Assembly: GCF_001194135.2 (NCBI RefSeq)
Contig: NC_069000.1
Coordinates: 22,398,549-22,462,548 of the forward strand
Reading direction: 5' to 3'
DNA length: 64,000 nucleotides
DNA from: Octopus bimaculoides
Lineage: Eukaryota
Part shown: positions 1-11,739 of the stretch, piece after piece
Layout: every line of letters starts with the position of its first letter
How positions within the stretch are numbered: the stretch's first letter is position 1
Notes under the pieces: generated by a model
The model's database searches: none
What the model saw: the letters and a program-made list of their open reading frames with translations, nothing else
What the model was told of the DNA's origin: nothing
Program-made: the position numbers and the translations under genes

Positions 1-139
1 CCCTACAACAACAACAACACTGCTTCCTGACCACAACTACTATCACTACGATCTAGTTACTATCCAATCTCTATCACAACAACCCAATCGCCATCTCTGT
101 CTCCGCTACTACCGTTCAGTTAGTCATATATTCATACAT

Positions 140-189
140 ATGTGTATGTATATATATGTGTGTGTGCGTGTGCTTGTGTGTATATGTTT

Positions 190-234
<45 letters not shown>

Positions 235-295
235 CATCTATATATATATATTTATACACACACACATACCTTCATATATATATATATATATATAT

Positions 296-329
<34 letters not shown>

Positions 330-445
330 GATTTTAAAGACTCTTGTCTTGACTACTGTATTGTGCTGTTGCAGTTGCAGCTGTTGCCACCACCACCACC
401 ACCACCACCACAATGACTACTACTACTACTACTACTACTACCATT
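140..445. repeat. Compound microsatellites (TG/CA/TA)n, (CCA)n, (CTA)n
   Basis: Directly visible. They account for ORFs 140-477. Confidence 0.95.
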
Positions 446-479
446 GTGCCATTACTTGTTATCAATGTTGTAACTAGTT

Positions 480-1110
480 TAATTATGCTTCCTACAGGAC
501 CATGCAACCCAAGGTCTTGCTTAGATGAGAATCGTTCTTGTCCCTTTTCCTATTAAGATCCTCCCATGCTGTTGTTCATAATCTGCCCTTACTTTGTATT
601 TAAGGAATTTTTGGATAATTCTTGCTGATTCAAGTAAACAATGGAGACCAAGCTTTCCAAGGTTTACTCTCAAATTCTTTATCATTCTTTATCACAGTTT
701 CCATAGCTCCCAATAATAATTGGCCAGATCATGACATTGGCATCTTCTTTATGCCAGCATTTGAGAATTTCATGCTTAAAATCAGTGTAAAATTTTACTT
801 TCTTCTTCTTTCTTCATCTCATATCAAATGGCATGCCATATTAATTACAAGACATTTTCTTCTTATCAATGACTACAATATCAAGCTCTCTGTTGTCCAT
901 TGTTCTTTCAGTTTGCAAAGAAAAAATCCCATAACAGCCCCATTTCCTCATTTTCAAGGACTTTCATATTTGTTCCTAGTGAATGGTTATTGCTCTTTTC
1001 TGTACATGCAAAGCTAACCCTCCTGTCAAATTTCCAGTGAATTATTACAGCAATTCTCTCATGTCTATTCTTTTTGCATTTATTTTGTACAAACTGTGTT
1101 TTCCGATGCG
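480..1110 (-). mobile_element. Decayed RLE-type non-LTR retrotransposon (R4/Dong/NeSL-like), C-terminal endonuclease region
   Basis: Minus-strand translation with frameshifts gives HERIAVIIHWKF...VLENEEMGLLWDF...RELDIVVIDKKK, matching the RH(D)/LWD/(R)PDIV motifs of restriction-like endonuclease elements. Confidence 0.75.
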
Positions 1111-1123
1111 ATGTGAACTATAG

Positions 1124-1245
1124 GTGCAAGTGTGGCTGTGTGGTAAGAAGTTTGTTTCCCAACCACACAGTTCAGGTTTCAGTCCCTCAGTGTGGCATCT
1201 TGGGCAAGTGAGTGGATTTGGTACACAGAAACTGAAAGAAGCCTA

Positions 1246-1260
<15 letters not shown>
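1124..1260 (+). mobile_element. tRNA-headed SINE family B, 5' fragment
   Basis: gtggctgtgtggtaagaag...ggtttcagtcc...gggcaagtg...gaaactgaaagaagcc, homologous to fuller copies at 27548-27966 and 48295-48770. Confidence 0.85.
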
Positions 1261-1305
<45 letters not shown>

Positions 1306-1334
1306 ACACGCACATATAAATATACATAAAGACA

Positions 1335-1470
1335 GGGCAAGCTGACAGAATCGTTAGCACGCTGGGTGAAATGCTTAGAGGTATTTCATCTGCAGTTACG
1401 TACTGAGTTCAAATTCCATTGAGGTCGACTTTGCCTTTCAACCCCTCAGGGTCAATTAAATAAGTATCAG
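1335..1470 (+). mobile_element. SINE family C copy
   Basis: gctgacagaatcgttagcacg...gagttcaaattcc...gaggtcgactttgcctttc, the same consensus as about 20 other copies in the window. Confidence 0.85.
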
Positions 1471-1475
1471 TTATT

Positions 1476-1709
1476 ATTATTTACATTTGATGGATATTTG
1501 TCCTCATCTTGTTTGTTGTTAACACAACATTTCGGCCGATATACCCTCCAGCCTTCATCAGGTGTCTTGGGGGAAATTTCGAACCTGGGTTCTCATTCCT
1601 AAGGTATTTTTCGATGTTGTTATTATTATTATTCAGGTCACTGCCTGGAATGGAACTCGGAATCTTGGGGTTAGTAGCCCGCGCTTAACCACTACACTGT
1701 ATACCCGTG
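1476..1709 (-). mobile_element. tRNA-headed short element ending in a PLE-type hammerhead tail; an inverted 71-bp tail copy follows at 1709-1779
   Basis: Minus strand: A-box-like agtgtagtgg, anticodon-like ggctactaaccc, B-box-like gagttccattcc, then gacac-CTGATGA-a-ggctg...cggcc-GAAA-tgtt-gtgtt. 1476-1546 and 1709-1779 are inverted repeats. Confidence 0.7.
1521..1566 (-). ncRNA. Minimal type-I hammerhead ribozyme motif
   Basis: Stem I GACAC/GUGUU, core CUGAUGA(+A), stem II GGCUG/CGGCC, GAAA, 2-bp stem III (AU/GU here; ACGU in the inverted copy at 1725-1728). Confidence 0.7.
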
Positions 1710-1789
1710 GGTATATCAGCCGAAACGTTGTGTTAGCAACAAACAAGATGAGGATAAATATCCGTCAATTGTAAATAATGTAACTAATG

Positions 1790-2376
1790 TACTTTTGTGA
1801 CTTGCTCTTGATCTCAACTATGGTGTTAAAATGGTGACCTGAAGAGATGGAAGTCCACAGGTGTTAAATCTGGTGGATAGAGTCGGTGCAGAAGTGATAC
1901 CATGTTGTTTTTTGTGAGAAACTCACGAATGAGGAGAGCTTAGTGAAGAATCCAATTCTTTGCACTCCAAAGATCTGGCCACTTTCGCCAAATGTCCTCT
2001 CTCAAACACTTCAAAACCTCACAGTAGAACTCTCGATTGATGGTCTGGCCCTAGGGAATGAATTCTTGTTGCACAATGCCACATTTCTGGGGGTGATGCT
2101 TGTGACAGTTCTTCCAGATCATTCATCATCTTTCAGGGATATTCTTCCACTTTTGAAGCACATGTGCCACTCAAAACATTGCCTATTGCCTCATCACTGT
2201 AAGCTTGCCAAAGCATGCTCAATGTCTCTCACAACTTTCAGAGTAAACACAATGATATCACTCAGTACACTGCTTCATGAAAGTCACTGCTAGCTCTCAC
2301 TGTGCACACAATCATGTGCTGCCATCTGTTGGTGCTCGGCAGAACTAGCCTGGAAGCATTTTGATACCACCTTCTA
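1790..2376 (-). mobile_element. Internally deleted mariner transposon relic
   Basis: Translation HNEFIP*GQTINREFYCEVLKCLREDIWRKWPDLWSAKNWILH...LYPPDLTPVDFHLF. Mariner-like terminus tagaaggtggtatcaaaatgcttcc at ~2376. Confidence 0.85.
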
Positions 2377-2492
2377 GATTTGAAAAGTTTGATGTTGTGA
2401 TAGTATATTTTAAAAATGACATTGTAGAATAGGTGTGGAAGTTCAGGTCTGGCTGGTTTGAACATAAAACAGGTAGAATATTTGAGCCAGAT
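2377..2492 (-). mobile_element. Partial MITE family F (TTAA-CCCT type)
   Basis: Reverse complement of the copies at 20157-20382 and 49111-49324. Confidence 0.7.
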
Positions 2493-2589
2493 ACGGCCAG
2501 TTTAAATGTCCCCTCCTTAAACAGATAGAATCCTAAACTTGTTTCCTATAATTTTACAACAGCTTGAATATTTATTAACCCACGTCTTC

Positions 2590-2785
2590 CTCCTTTTTGT
2601 TTCATATATAGATACATATGTACATTGTGAGTCACTTCCTCATCTTCTTGTTGATATCTTTTGACTCCTCATCTTTTCTCAACATTATGATTTCTGTCTC
2701 ATACCATTTTGATGATACTGTTCCTAAGTAGATTGTTTATAGGATATTTCTTACATGCAATTTGGATTTAAGAATCTTGGCTGTG
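2590..2785 (-). mobile_element. RLE-type non-LTR fragment (post-RT region)
   Basis: ILKSKLHVRNIL*TI...EESKDINKKMRK*LT, resembling ILKSKLNxGNxIxAIN...LDRKTRKxLT. Confidence 0.6.
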
Positions 2786-3134
2786 TTTAAAAAGCCTACT
2801 TCCCAACCATGTGGTCTCCAATTCAGTCCCATTGTGTAGGACCTTAGGCAAGTGCCTTCTACTATAGCCCTTGGTCAATCAAAGATTTGTAAATGTATTT
2901 GGTAGATAGAAACTGAAAGAAGCCTGTTTGCATTTATATCTAAATCTATACCTGTATATCATCAAAAAATTCATAAATCAAAAAAAAAAATGCATTTGTA
3001 TATTTGACATTTGCCATATTTCATTCCATAACCATCATTTCTGAAGAACGCAGTGTTACATAACCGAACTGTTACCTAACACCCTGTTGAACCTCTAGTG
3101 TGAAACTGATTAGTAAGATCAGCCATAATGGATA

Positions 3135-3370
3135 TACAGGGTGTCCACAAAAGATTGACACCATTTCATAGTCTATTAACATAGTCAATTCTCAAATGAT
3201 CTCAAATTTTAACAAAATGTGTAAAAACTAATTTTTGTCCTTTCTTTTCAGGATGAAGAATGATGTTCACTAGAAATGAAAAGGCGTTTTGTGTGCTAGA
3301 ATATGCTTGAATACAGTTAAACAAGAATGTGCAACATGCATTTTCAAGAAAATTCAATAAAAACACATTT
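3135..3370 (+). mobile_element. 5' end of a Tc1/maT-like DNA transposon
   Basis: TA-CAGGGTGTCC terminus followed by MFTRNEKAFCVLEYA*IQLNKNVQHAFSRKF (HTH-type N-terminus). Confidence 0.7.
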
Positions 3371-3379
3371 CTCAATACT

Positions 3380-3712
3380 AAATCATATCCTAATGCGACT
3401 ACAAAATATTTATAAAATTTGCACTAAAGGATCTAGTTGATTCTAGTCTTTGGCGTAAAGCTTTAAAATCATCCATGACCAGATGATTGACTTTACTTCT
3501 ATTCCTTCCCTGAGAATATCTGTTATGAGCTTCATTTAGAATGAAGGGATTAATGCTATTACAATCAAAATAAAAAAGAGGATCTCCTCTTGAAAAATGA
3601 CTCTTTTTATTTATACATCTGCTAACCTGTCTCTTTCAGATGGTAACTTCAGTCTTCCATGCTGCAGTGCATTATCTAACATTTTCTGAAATCGTAAGCA
3701 ATGTTAGACAAT
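3380..3712 (-). mobile_element. RLE-type non-LTR reverse transcriptase fragment (RT domains 4-5)
   Basis: DV*IKRVIFQEEILFFILIVIALIP then LNEAH...KVNHLVMDDFKAL, matching IKRGIFQGDSLSPLLFVIALIP and NHLLFMDDLKL. Confidence 0.75.
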
Positions 3713-3744
3713 ACTTAATATATGAGTAGGGAACTAGATTATAT

Positions 3745-4190
3745 CATCATCATCATCATCATCATCGTTTAACGTCCGCTTTCCATGCTGGCATGGGTTG
3801 GACGATTTGACTGAGGACTGGTGAAACCGGATGGCAACACCAGGCTCCAATCTAATTTGGCAGAGTTTCTACAGCTGGATGCCCTTCCTAACGCCAACCA
3901 CTCAGAGAGTGTAGTGGGTGCTTTTACGTGTCACCCGCACGAAAACGGCCACGCTCGAAATGGTGTCTTTTATGTGCCACCCGCACAAGCCAGTCCAGGG
4001 GCACTGGCAACGATCTCACTCGAAAATCCTATGGGAGCCAGTCAGGCGGTACTGGCAACGGCCACGCTCAAAATGGTGCATCTCATGTGCCACCCGCACA
4101 AGAGCCAGTCCAGGGGCACTGGCAACGATCTTACTTGGCTTGCCGGGTCTTCTCACGCACAGCACATTTCCAAAGGTCTTGGTCAGTAGT
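3745..4190 (-). mobile_element. RTE-tail element (family D) with (GAT)n tail
   Basis: (cat)n-cgtttaacgtccgctttccatgc...ctggatgcccttcctaacgccaacc. Related copies at 18600, 19850, 20400, 38160, 40940, 42930, 44290, 52920 and 58440. Confidence 0.9.
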
Positions 4191-4469
4191 CATTATGCCT
4201 TTTTTAAATCAATATTCACAAACTTGTCATTTTCTTTTCACAGTTCAACAAGGCCATCTTTGGTCATTCATTCCTCTGCTCATTTTTTTCTCTTTTTATA
4301 GCATTTCTGTTTATCAAACATTAAATGTTTTAGGTACAGATGTTGGTATATCCCTTGGTCAGTAAAAAATATGAAATTGTATGGTGATTTGAAACAGCAT
4401 TTCCTATTAATTTGTCCTTGATATAAGACAAGTTTTTCCCATTAGTTAACTGCAATGATACATTGCCTT

Positions 4470-4920
4470 TGATATACAACCACGGTTGACCAATCTAGCT
4501 GTCCCAAGGACTACCTACAATCATAGTTGATCAATCAAGTTGTCCCGTTGTCTACCTACAATCATAGTTGACTAATCTAATTCTTCCATTTATTACCTAG
4601 TCATAGTTAACCAGTCAAGTTGTTCCAATGTCTATTCACAATAATATTTCATCAATCTATTGTTCCACCAACTACCTAATCACAGTTAACCAATCAAATT
4701 ATCTCATTGGCTATCTACAGTCATACTGGACCAGTCAAACTGTCCTACTGACTACCTACAATCCTAGTTGTTCAGTCTAGCTGTCCTGTTTATCTACAAT
4801 CATAGTTGACCAATCAAATTGTCCTAATACCTTCCCAATCATAGTTGACCAATCTAGTTATTTTTCTGACTACCTACAATCATTGTTAGATAATTTGGTT
4901 GTCTCACTAAGTATCTATCA
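4470..4920. repeat. Degenerate ~41-bp minisatellite, about 11 units
   Basis: Unit approx. atcatagttgaccaatcaagttgtcccattgactacctaca. 'tacaatcatagttga' occurs at 4516 and 4557. Confidence 0.85.
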
Positions 4921-5619
4921 AATATTGTCAAATGATTAGCTTGACTCGGGAGTCACTAAGCACAAAAACACTTTTGTTACTGCTACAGTTGCTACTACTA
5001 CTAACAGCACCACTGTTATTACTAATACTATTGCTGATACAGTGAAGTTTCGGTGACCTCTGTTGATACCACCACCGCCACCCCCTCACCACCACCACAC
5101 CCCACCTCACCGTCATTATCGTTACTTCTATAACCAATGCTTGTTGCAAGATCCCATGTACTTCTTTGTTCTATCGCTTCAATTCATGTAGTAGTGTTCA
5201 TTATTGATGTTAGTTCTTAAAAGAAACACTTCAATAATCCGCATCCCTACCCCTGCCCACCAACTATTGTTTCGAGATTCTCTTCATGTAAGTATGAAGT
5301 GGAGCTATCAGTTTTTTAATCAATGTAATCAATAGACCAGATCAAATTCTCAGGTAAACCCTTCAGTTTCGATTATTTATCTCGTTTATTCCTACATGTA
5401 TATTGTTAGGTTCACTTTTATCATTTAAGACCACCATTTTTTAGTATTATATTTCATCCTTCCTGGGTTATATATAAGCCCATCATATATATAAAATAAG
5501 TACCAGTTGAGTACTAGGGTTAATATATTTAACTCATCCTCTCCCACAAAGCTGCTGGCCTTGTGCCAAAATTTGAAACCATTATTATTATTATTATTAT
5601 TATTATTATCATCAATATT

Positions 5620-6275
5620 ATCTCAGGTTTTGTTGGAACTCCTTGAATTTTGCATGTGTAGGCTTGCAACCTGCAGCCTATGGTACAGTGCTATTTGTTT
5701 GTTTCAACTATCTAATACTTTCCTAATTATTCTGTGTCAAGGATGCAAACCTTTTGTAACGGTTCTATTGGGCACTCGATTCTGATTTCCTTTATATTCC
5801 TCTTGAAGCCTTCTGATACTCTACCCAAAGACCCAACAATAATTGGCACTGTCTTCACCTTCTTCATTTTCCATAGCTGGGCTATTTCATACTTAAGAGG
5901 ACCGTATCATCATCAGCACATGGATGATGGGCTTTGTGTATTGATAAGAGTTTTCTCTTCTTGTCCAACTCCTTTAGCTAATCCTCTGTCCACTTCAGAA
6001 TTCCAACATCATACTGAACTGCTATGACTGTGCATGAGTCTATTGCCAAAATTATGTTTCTAGTATTCAGCTTTGAAACCAATATTTTTCTCGCTAATTG
6101 CAATTACTCTTTCTTTGTCTTGTCTTTCATATCATTGTGTTTTATTCCATGTACCTCAAGTATTCCTAGGTATTTATGTCTGGATTCAGGTTCAACTGCC
6201 TTCATCATTTCACCAATTGGCATACATATGTCTTCTGTCCTGACAAGCTTTCCTCATCTTATCACCATCGTTTTG
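5620..6275 (-). mobile_element. Internally deleted RLE-type non-LTR relic
   Basis: GKLVRTEDICMPIGEMMKAVEPESRHKYLGILE then LKYEIAQLWKMKKVKTVPIIVGSLGRVS...LQKVCIL. Confidence 0.8.
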
Positions 6276-6344
6276 AAATTATTATTATTATTATTATTAT
6301 TATTTTCCTTAGCATCTTTTTTCAATCCTGTTTCCATTTCTTGC

Positions 6345-6830
6345 CGATGGGAGGGAACATGTGGAAGGGGTAGACCCAGGAAGACATGGGACAAAGTAGT
6401 GAGAGAAGATCTTCAGATGCTGGACCTCACTGAGGAAATGACAAGGGACTGAGTCTCCTGGTAATTTGCTGTGCATGAGAAGACATATCAAGCTAAGTAA
6501 AATCATGGTTGTCCTTCCATTAAGGTATGTCCCCTGCATCCCTCTCCAGCTGAGTGTTTCTAATTTTGCGGGCTTGTGAGTACTGGTGTCATGTAAAAAA
6601 ACAGCCATACTAATGCCACATAAATGCACCTATGCTGGTGCTGCATAAAAACACCCAATACACTCGGTAAAGTGGTTGGTGTTAGGAAGGGCATCCAGCT
6701 GCAGAAACCATGCCAAAACAAACATGGAGCGTGGGCAGCTCTTCAGCTGGTTGCTCCTGTCAAACCGTCCAACTCATGCCAGCATGGAAAACAGACATTA
6801 AATGATGATGATGGTGAGGATGATGAGGAT
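6345..6830 (+). mobile_element. 3' end of RTE-clade LINE: ORF C-terminus plus family D tail
   Basis: GTCGRGRPRKTWDKVVREDLQMLDLTEEMTRD*, continuing into ggtgttaggaagggcatccagctg...(gat)n. Confidence 0.85.
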
Positions 6831-7150
6831 GACGATGATGATGACAACAATGAAGATGATAATGGTTGTTACATAAATATTGATTTCTAACAGAGGCACA
6901 AGGCCACATATCTATGAAAGATTTTATCAACTCCAGTACTTGACAGTTATTTTATTTGACAAAATTCTGGAAAGATGAAAGGAAAAATTGACTTTCATTG
7001 ATTTTCAGAGTGATTTGAATACAGGATGCAAAAGATTTCCCACAAACTTTAACATTATTACAATTACAACAAGGGTGGTGGATAAGGAAAATATTTAAGA
7101 TCTGGACAAAATGCCTTGTAGTATTTAGTTTTGCCAAGTTAGAAAGAGAC

Positions 7151-7185
<35 letters not shown>

Positions 7186-7850
7186 GAGGGAGAGAGAGAG
7201 GGAAGGATGGAAGGAGAGAAAGACTGACAGAAAGAAAGAGAAAAAGAGAAAGAAAGAGTAAGTCCTAGAGAAAGAGAGAGAGAGAGAGAGTTACAAAGTG
7301 AAAATGGTTGACAGAAAGAACAGGATGTTGTACAATGACAGCTAAGATCAATGAAATCGACTATATTCTGAGTTCAAATCCTGCTACAGTTGATGAACCT
7401 TTATTGTCCTGTGAACAATAAAACAATTCCACAAAATAAATTAAGTACCAGTCATGTACTGGGATTGATTGAAGTACCAACAAATAATTGTGTTTGGTAA
7501 AGCTATAAAATAAACTCTTCTTGTCCTTATTGTTACTGCTAGTTGTAGTAGTGGTGGTGGTGGTAGTGGTAATAGCAACAGCAGCTGCCGTAGAGGGAAA
7601 GGTAGGGGTGTTCTTGTTGTAATAATTGATGTTGTTGCAGCTGCATGCTCATTTATATATGCATATATGCACACAGAGAAATGGGTACGCTCAAAAGAGT
7701 TCAGAGATATACTGCATATATACATATTTATATACATACATATATATATTAATGAGTGCATGTGCGTGTGTATACCTTCATACACACACATATGTATGAT
7801 GATGATGATATACATATATGTATGTATATGTATATATGCATGTGTATGTA

Positions 7851-8059
7851 TACAGAGTGAGCCAAAAAATACACACCAAGACATTTGACATGTTACTTAT
7901 ATTACATTATTATTATTCATTTTGTATATCATGTAGAAGTACACGTGTATTTATCATTATTTTATTTATTTTATTCAATTTTAGAAAAATTGAAGCATGT
8001 CTTTGACAATTCTGGAGTGTGTTGAACTTCTTTCTATATGACTTTTGGTCCACCCTGTA
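7851..8059. mobile_element. TA-flanked Tc1/mariner-type MITE
   Basis: Termini tacagagtgagccaaaa and ttttggtccaccctgta are imperfect inverted repeats. Confidence 0.7.
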
Positions 8060-8070
8060 TAAATACATAC

Positions 8071-8105
<35 letters not shown>

Positions 8106-8335
8106 GCATGCATATAGTTGTGTGTGCACTTTTATGTATGTGCATTTATTTATTGATCTACTTATCTGTCTGTCTATCTATCCTTCCCTCAATCCATCCG
8201 TATGCATGCATGTATATATGTATGTATGTATGTATGAGATTGGAGCATGGTGCAGCCCAGTGGCTTGCCAGACCTCAGTCAAACCATCCAACCCATGCCA
8301 GCTTCGACAGCGGATGACAAACAACGATGATGATG

Positions 8336-8375
<40 letters not shown>

Positions 8376-8402
8376 GTATATATCTATCTATCTATCTATC
8401 TA

Positions 8403-8451
<49 letters not shown>

Positions 8452-10719
8452 GTTAGTTTGTTTTTATGCTGAGTTATAACAAACATAATTTTACATTAAA
8501 TTGAAGCATTACTCAATGCATTTTGGCAACCTGATCAGTAACGGCCGTAAGACATGTTATGTTACCTATTTTGTTATGCGCACATGTGAACGCACACACA
8601 CACACACACAAACTCGCAAGCTCACATACGTACACACACGTGCGATCACTCACACAGTCAATTGCACACACTAAGAAACATATATACACATGCATGTATT
8701 TATTTATGAAAGAAGGTACGAGTGTGAAATCAACTTGAAAACCATTTATTTACGTATGGTCAACGCATATACCCACCGTTTGCAAGTCTTCGTCATTACT
8801 TTATACATACATACGGCCGGCCGTTGTACGTGTAACATCATTATTCCTCCCTGTGCCTGTGAAATCTTGTATCCCGGCTGTAAGGTCTTATTTCCATATA
8901 CACCAGCTTAATTTAATTCGTCCTTGGTCGAAAGATATTTGTTGTTATGTCCTGTCTTACTATTTTTATTGTATTTGTGTAACATTGTTCGTTTTTTTTT
9001 TTCCGTCCTTGTTTCTGTATACATTCGCTGTTTTCTTCCAAGGAACCTAATGCTTTTAGCTTAGTTTTTCCTTGGGGCTGGCCAGATTGGAGCAATATCG
9101 AGAATAACCAGCCGAAATTGCAAGGATAATCTGGATCTCGACTGAAGAGAGAAAACTCCGAATGACTTGTCCTTGTTTTCTTTGTATCGTCTATCTGTAT
9201 GTTTTGTCCCTTTCGTGTATCACCTAACTGTCTGGATGTTTTGCGTCCTTGTCCCATTTTGTATTAGTTATACATATATATACATTTGCACATACATTAG
9301 ACAGTAGCAGGTATTTTCTGTGAGATTGGTAAAAGCACATCCTTAACATAGCTAGGACCACATCCCAATGACTCTCCATTTTCCTGAAGCCCAGAAGATA
9401 CTCCACTCTCCATCAATTATCGTTACATTACAACGGCAGTTACCAAAATATGCTTGCACCACAGACTGATTTCATGCAAGATAATTTTTCCACACAACGT
9501 TGGATCACACGCTTAAGAGAACGCAATCACGTGCATTACAATTTATCTATTACATTTATACCACGTCATTTACATCTATAAAAAACACTTTGCAGACTGC
9601 CATATTCTTTTACGTGTTTCAGTGATGTGACTGCGGCCTTGCTGGAGCACTACATTTTAGTCTAACAAATCGACTCAAAGACTTATTTCTTAAGCCTGGT
9701 ACTTGTTCTATCAGTCTCTTTACCTAAGTTGCAGGGACTTAGGTACAAACACACCAACACCGGTTGTCAAGCAGACACAAAATCATGTATATATATATAA
9801 ACAATATATGAGTATATGCATATATATGTACATACCTTCATCTACATGTACATATAGATACATATCTGGGTACATGATGTTGCAAAAGAACATGGACAAA
9901 ATGATAAACAAGGTACAACAAACAAGCAGGCCACATAGAGAACATATCCCTCATCAGCCGCCATAATTAAAACACCGGCGTTTCGAAGAGCCAGGGCAGG
10001 ACGCATCGCCAAAATGGCTCTTCCCACGAACACAAATTAAATTTTTTTCGTGGAGGATAGTGGCGGACGGAAAACAAGACAGGAAAACGAAACGGTGAAA
10101 TAAACAAACAAAAAGGCTGTACGAACAGACGTGGAGAAGTGTGTGTGTATTGAACGCTGTGAAGCACGAACTGGAGAGGCGAAGAAGTGCGTGCGAAGCT
10201 TGGGGAGTCCAAGACCGAAAAGAAATAGCAATCGGACACACGTGACCAGCGAGTGGTAGGGAGAAAGAGTAGCAGAGGGAGAAGAAAGGGAGGAAGTAGA
10301 ATATAAGTGAGCAACGAGAGGTAGAGAGATAGTAGTAGTGACGGTGAAAGGCGAAGGACGAGAAACGAGAGATAGAGAGAGAGAGAAATAGTAGTGACAG
10401 GGAGAGGCGAAGAACAGTATAGGGAAGAATGAGAGGGGGAGAATGATATAGAGATAGAGAGAGTCGCGTTAGAAAAATAGTTCAAAACTTACTATCTATC
10501 TATCTATCTATCTACACACACACAAAGGACACTTTATTCCGTCTACCAAATCCACTCAGAATGCATTAGTTGGCCCGATGCTATAAGAGGACACTTGGCC
10601 AAGGTGTCGCGCAGTGGGACTGAACCCAGACCCATGTGGTTGTGAAGCAAGCTTCTCCCTATACAGCTACGCCTATGTCAAAAAATTAGAAATATAATTT
10701 AAAAGTTTATCTTTTCTTA

Positions 10720-10935
10720 TTTCTTTATTGCCCACAAGGGGCTAAACAAGGACAGACAAACAGATTAAGTCGATTACATCGACCACAGTTCGTAACTGGT
10801 ACTTAATTTATCGACCTCGAGAGGATGAAAGGCAAAGTCGACCTCGGCGGAATTTGAACTCAGAACGTAACCGCAGACGAAAGACCGCTAAGCATTTCGC
10901 CCGGCATGCTAACGTTTCTGCCAGCTCGCCACCTC
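10720..10935 (-). mobile_element. SINE family C, well-preserved CpG-rich copy
   Basis: Near-full consensus including the 3' tail cttatttctttattgcccacaaggggc. Confidence 0.9.
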
Positions 10936-11673
10936 TTTATCTTTATCTTTTCTGTACGACCTAGTATCACACGATGCCCGACACAGTGCTTGGCGACCCC
11001 TGCACTACAAATCTCATCGGAAGTCTACAATAGAGGATTACTTTGATCACATTTGGAACGGAGTTGTTGCTGCACACTTAGTCATACAAGATTGTGCCTA
11101 GTAAAAAAGTCCCATGCCTGATTGTCTTTAACCATAAGCGAGCTACGTCTTCCCTCTGCATCCCGGAACTGGCTGGGTTCATGCCATCTTCACTCAACCA
11201 TTAGTCCCAGTCGTCTCTCTTTTCTCATGATACTTTTTGTACCCAATCTCTTAGGCCCCACACAATTCACTACACTCAGCATTTTCTCTTCAGAATCTCG
11301 TGTAGATTTCTCTTGATTACACAATTTGTCCAACTGGAGGTCCATGAGATGGTTACTAGGTCCGCTAGAAATAACAGCCAAATCTCGCTCAATACATAAA
11401 TGAATTGACACAAAATACATGAGAAGATAAAGAAGAAAATCTTTTTAAATATTTACCTTTGAAAAGGCATTAATGAAATGAGATTGGTTGAATTTATGTT
11501 CAATGAAGTGGATTTTTATCTTACTGAGACAGACAGTGATTTCATGTTTCTCATTTTGAATAGTTTGAGGTACCTGCCTCAGTGTGTAAGGGTTGATACG
11601 AGTGAAGAAAGTAAGGAAAAAACCTCGGACAATTTAAATGAAAAAGCTCGCAACATGTTTGCATGCGCGCGTA

Positions 11674-11739
<66 letters not shown>

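Noticed and set aside
3640-3693. Apparent 54-nt plus-strand exon (ctaac...ctttcag|MVTSVFHAAVHYLTFSEI|gtaagc)
   Set aside because: It lies antisense within the RT4 region of the RLE retrotransposon relic. Exonisation is possible but unsupported.
9135-9175. ctgaagagagaaaactccgaat, HHR-like
   Set aside because: GAAA box and stems I and III are not satisfied.
9940-10000. GAAAC and CTGATGA half-motifs on the minus strand in reversed order
   Set aside because: I could not build convincing stems I and II for a permuted hammerhead from this copy.
11460-11526. Minus-strand exon candidate KIKIHFIEHKFNQSHFINAFSK
   Set aside because: Plausible splice sites but no recognisable homology and no linkable partner exons.
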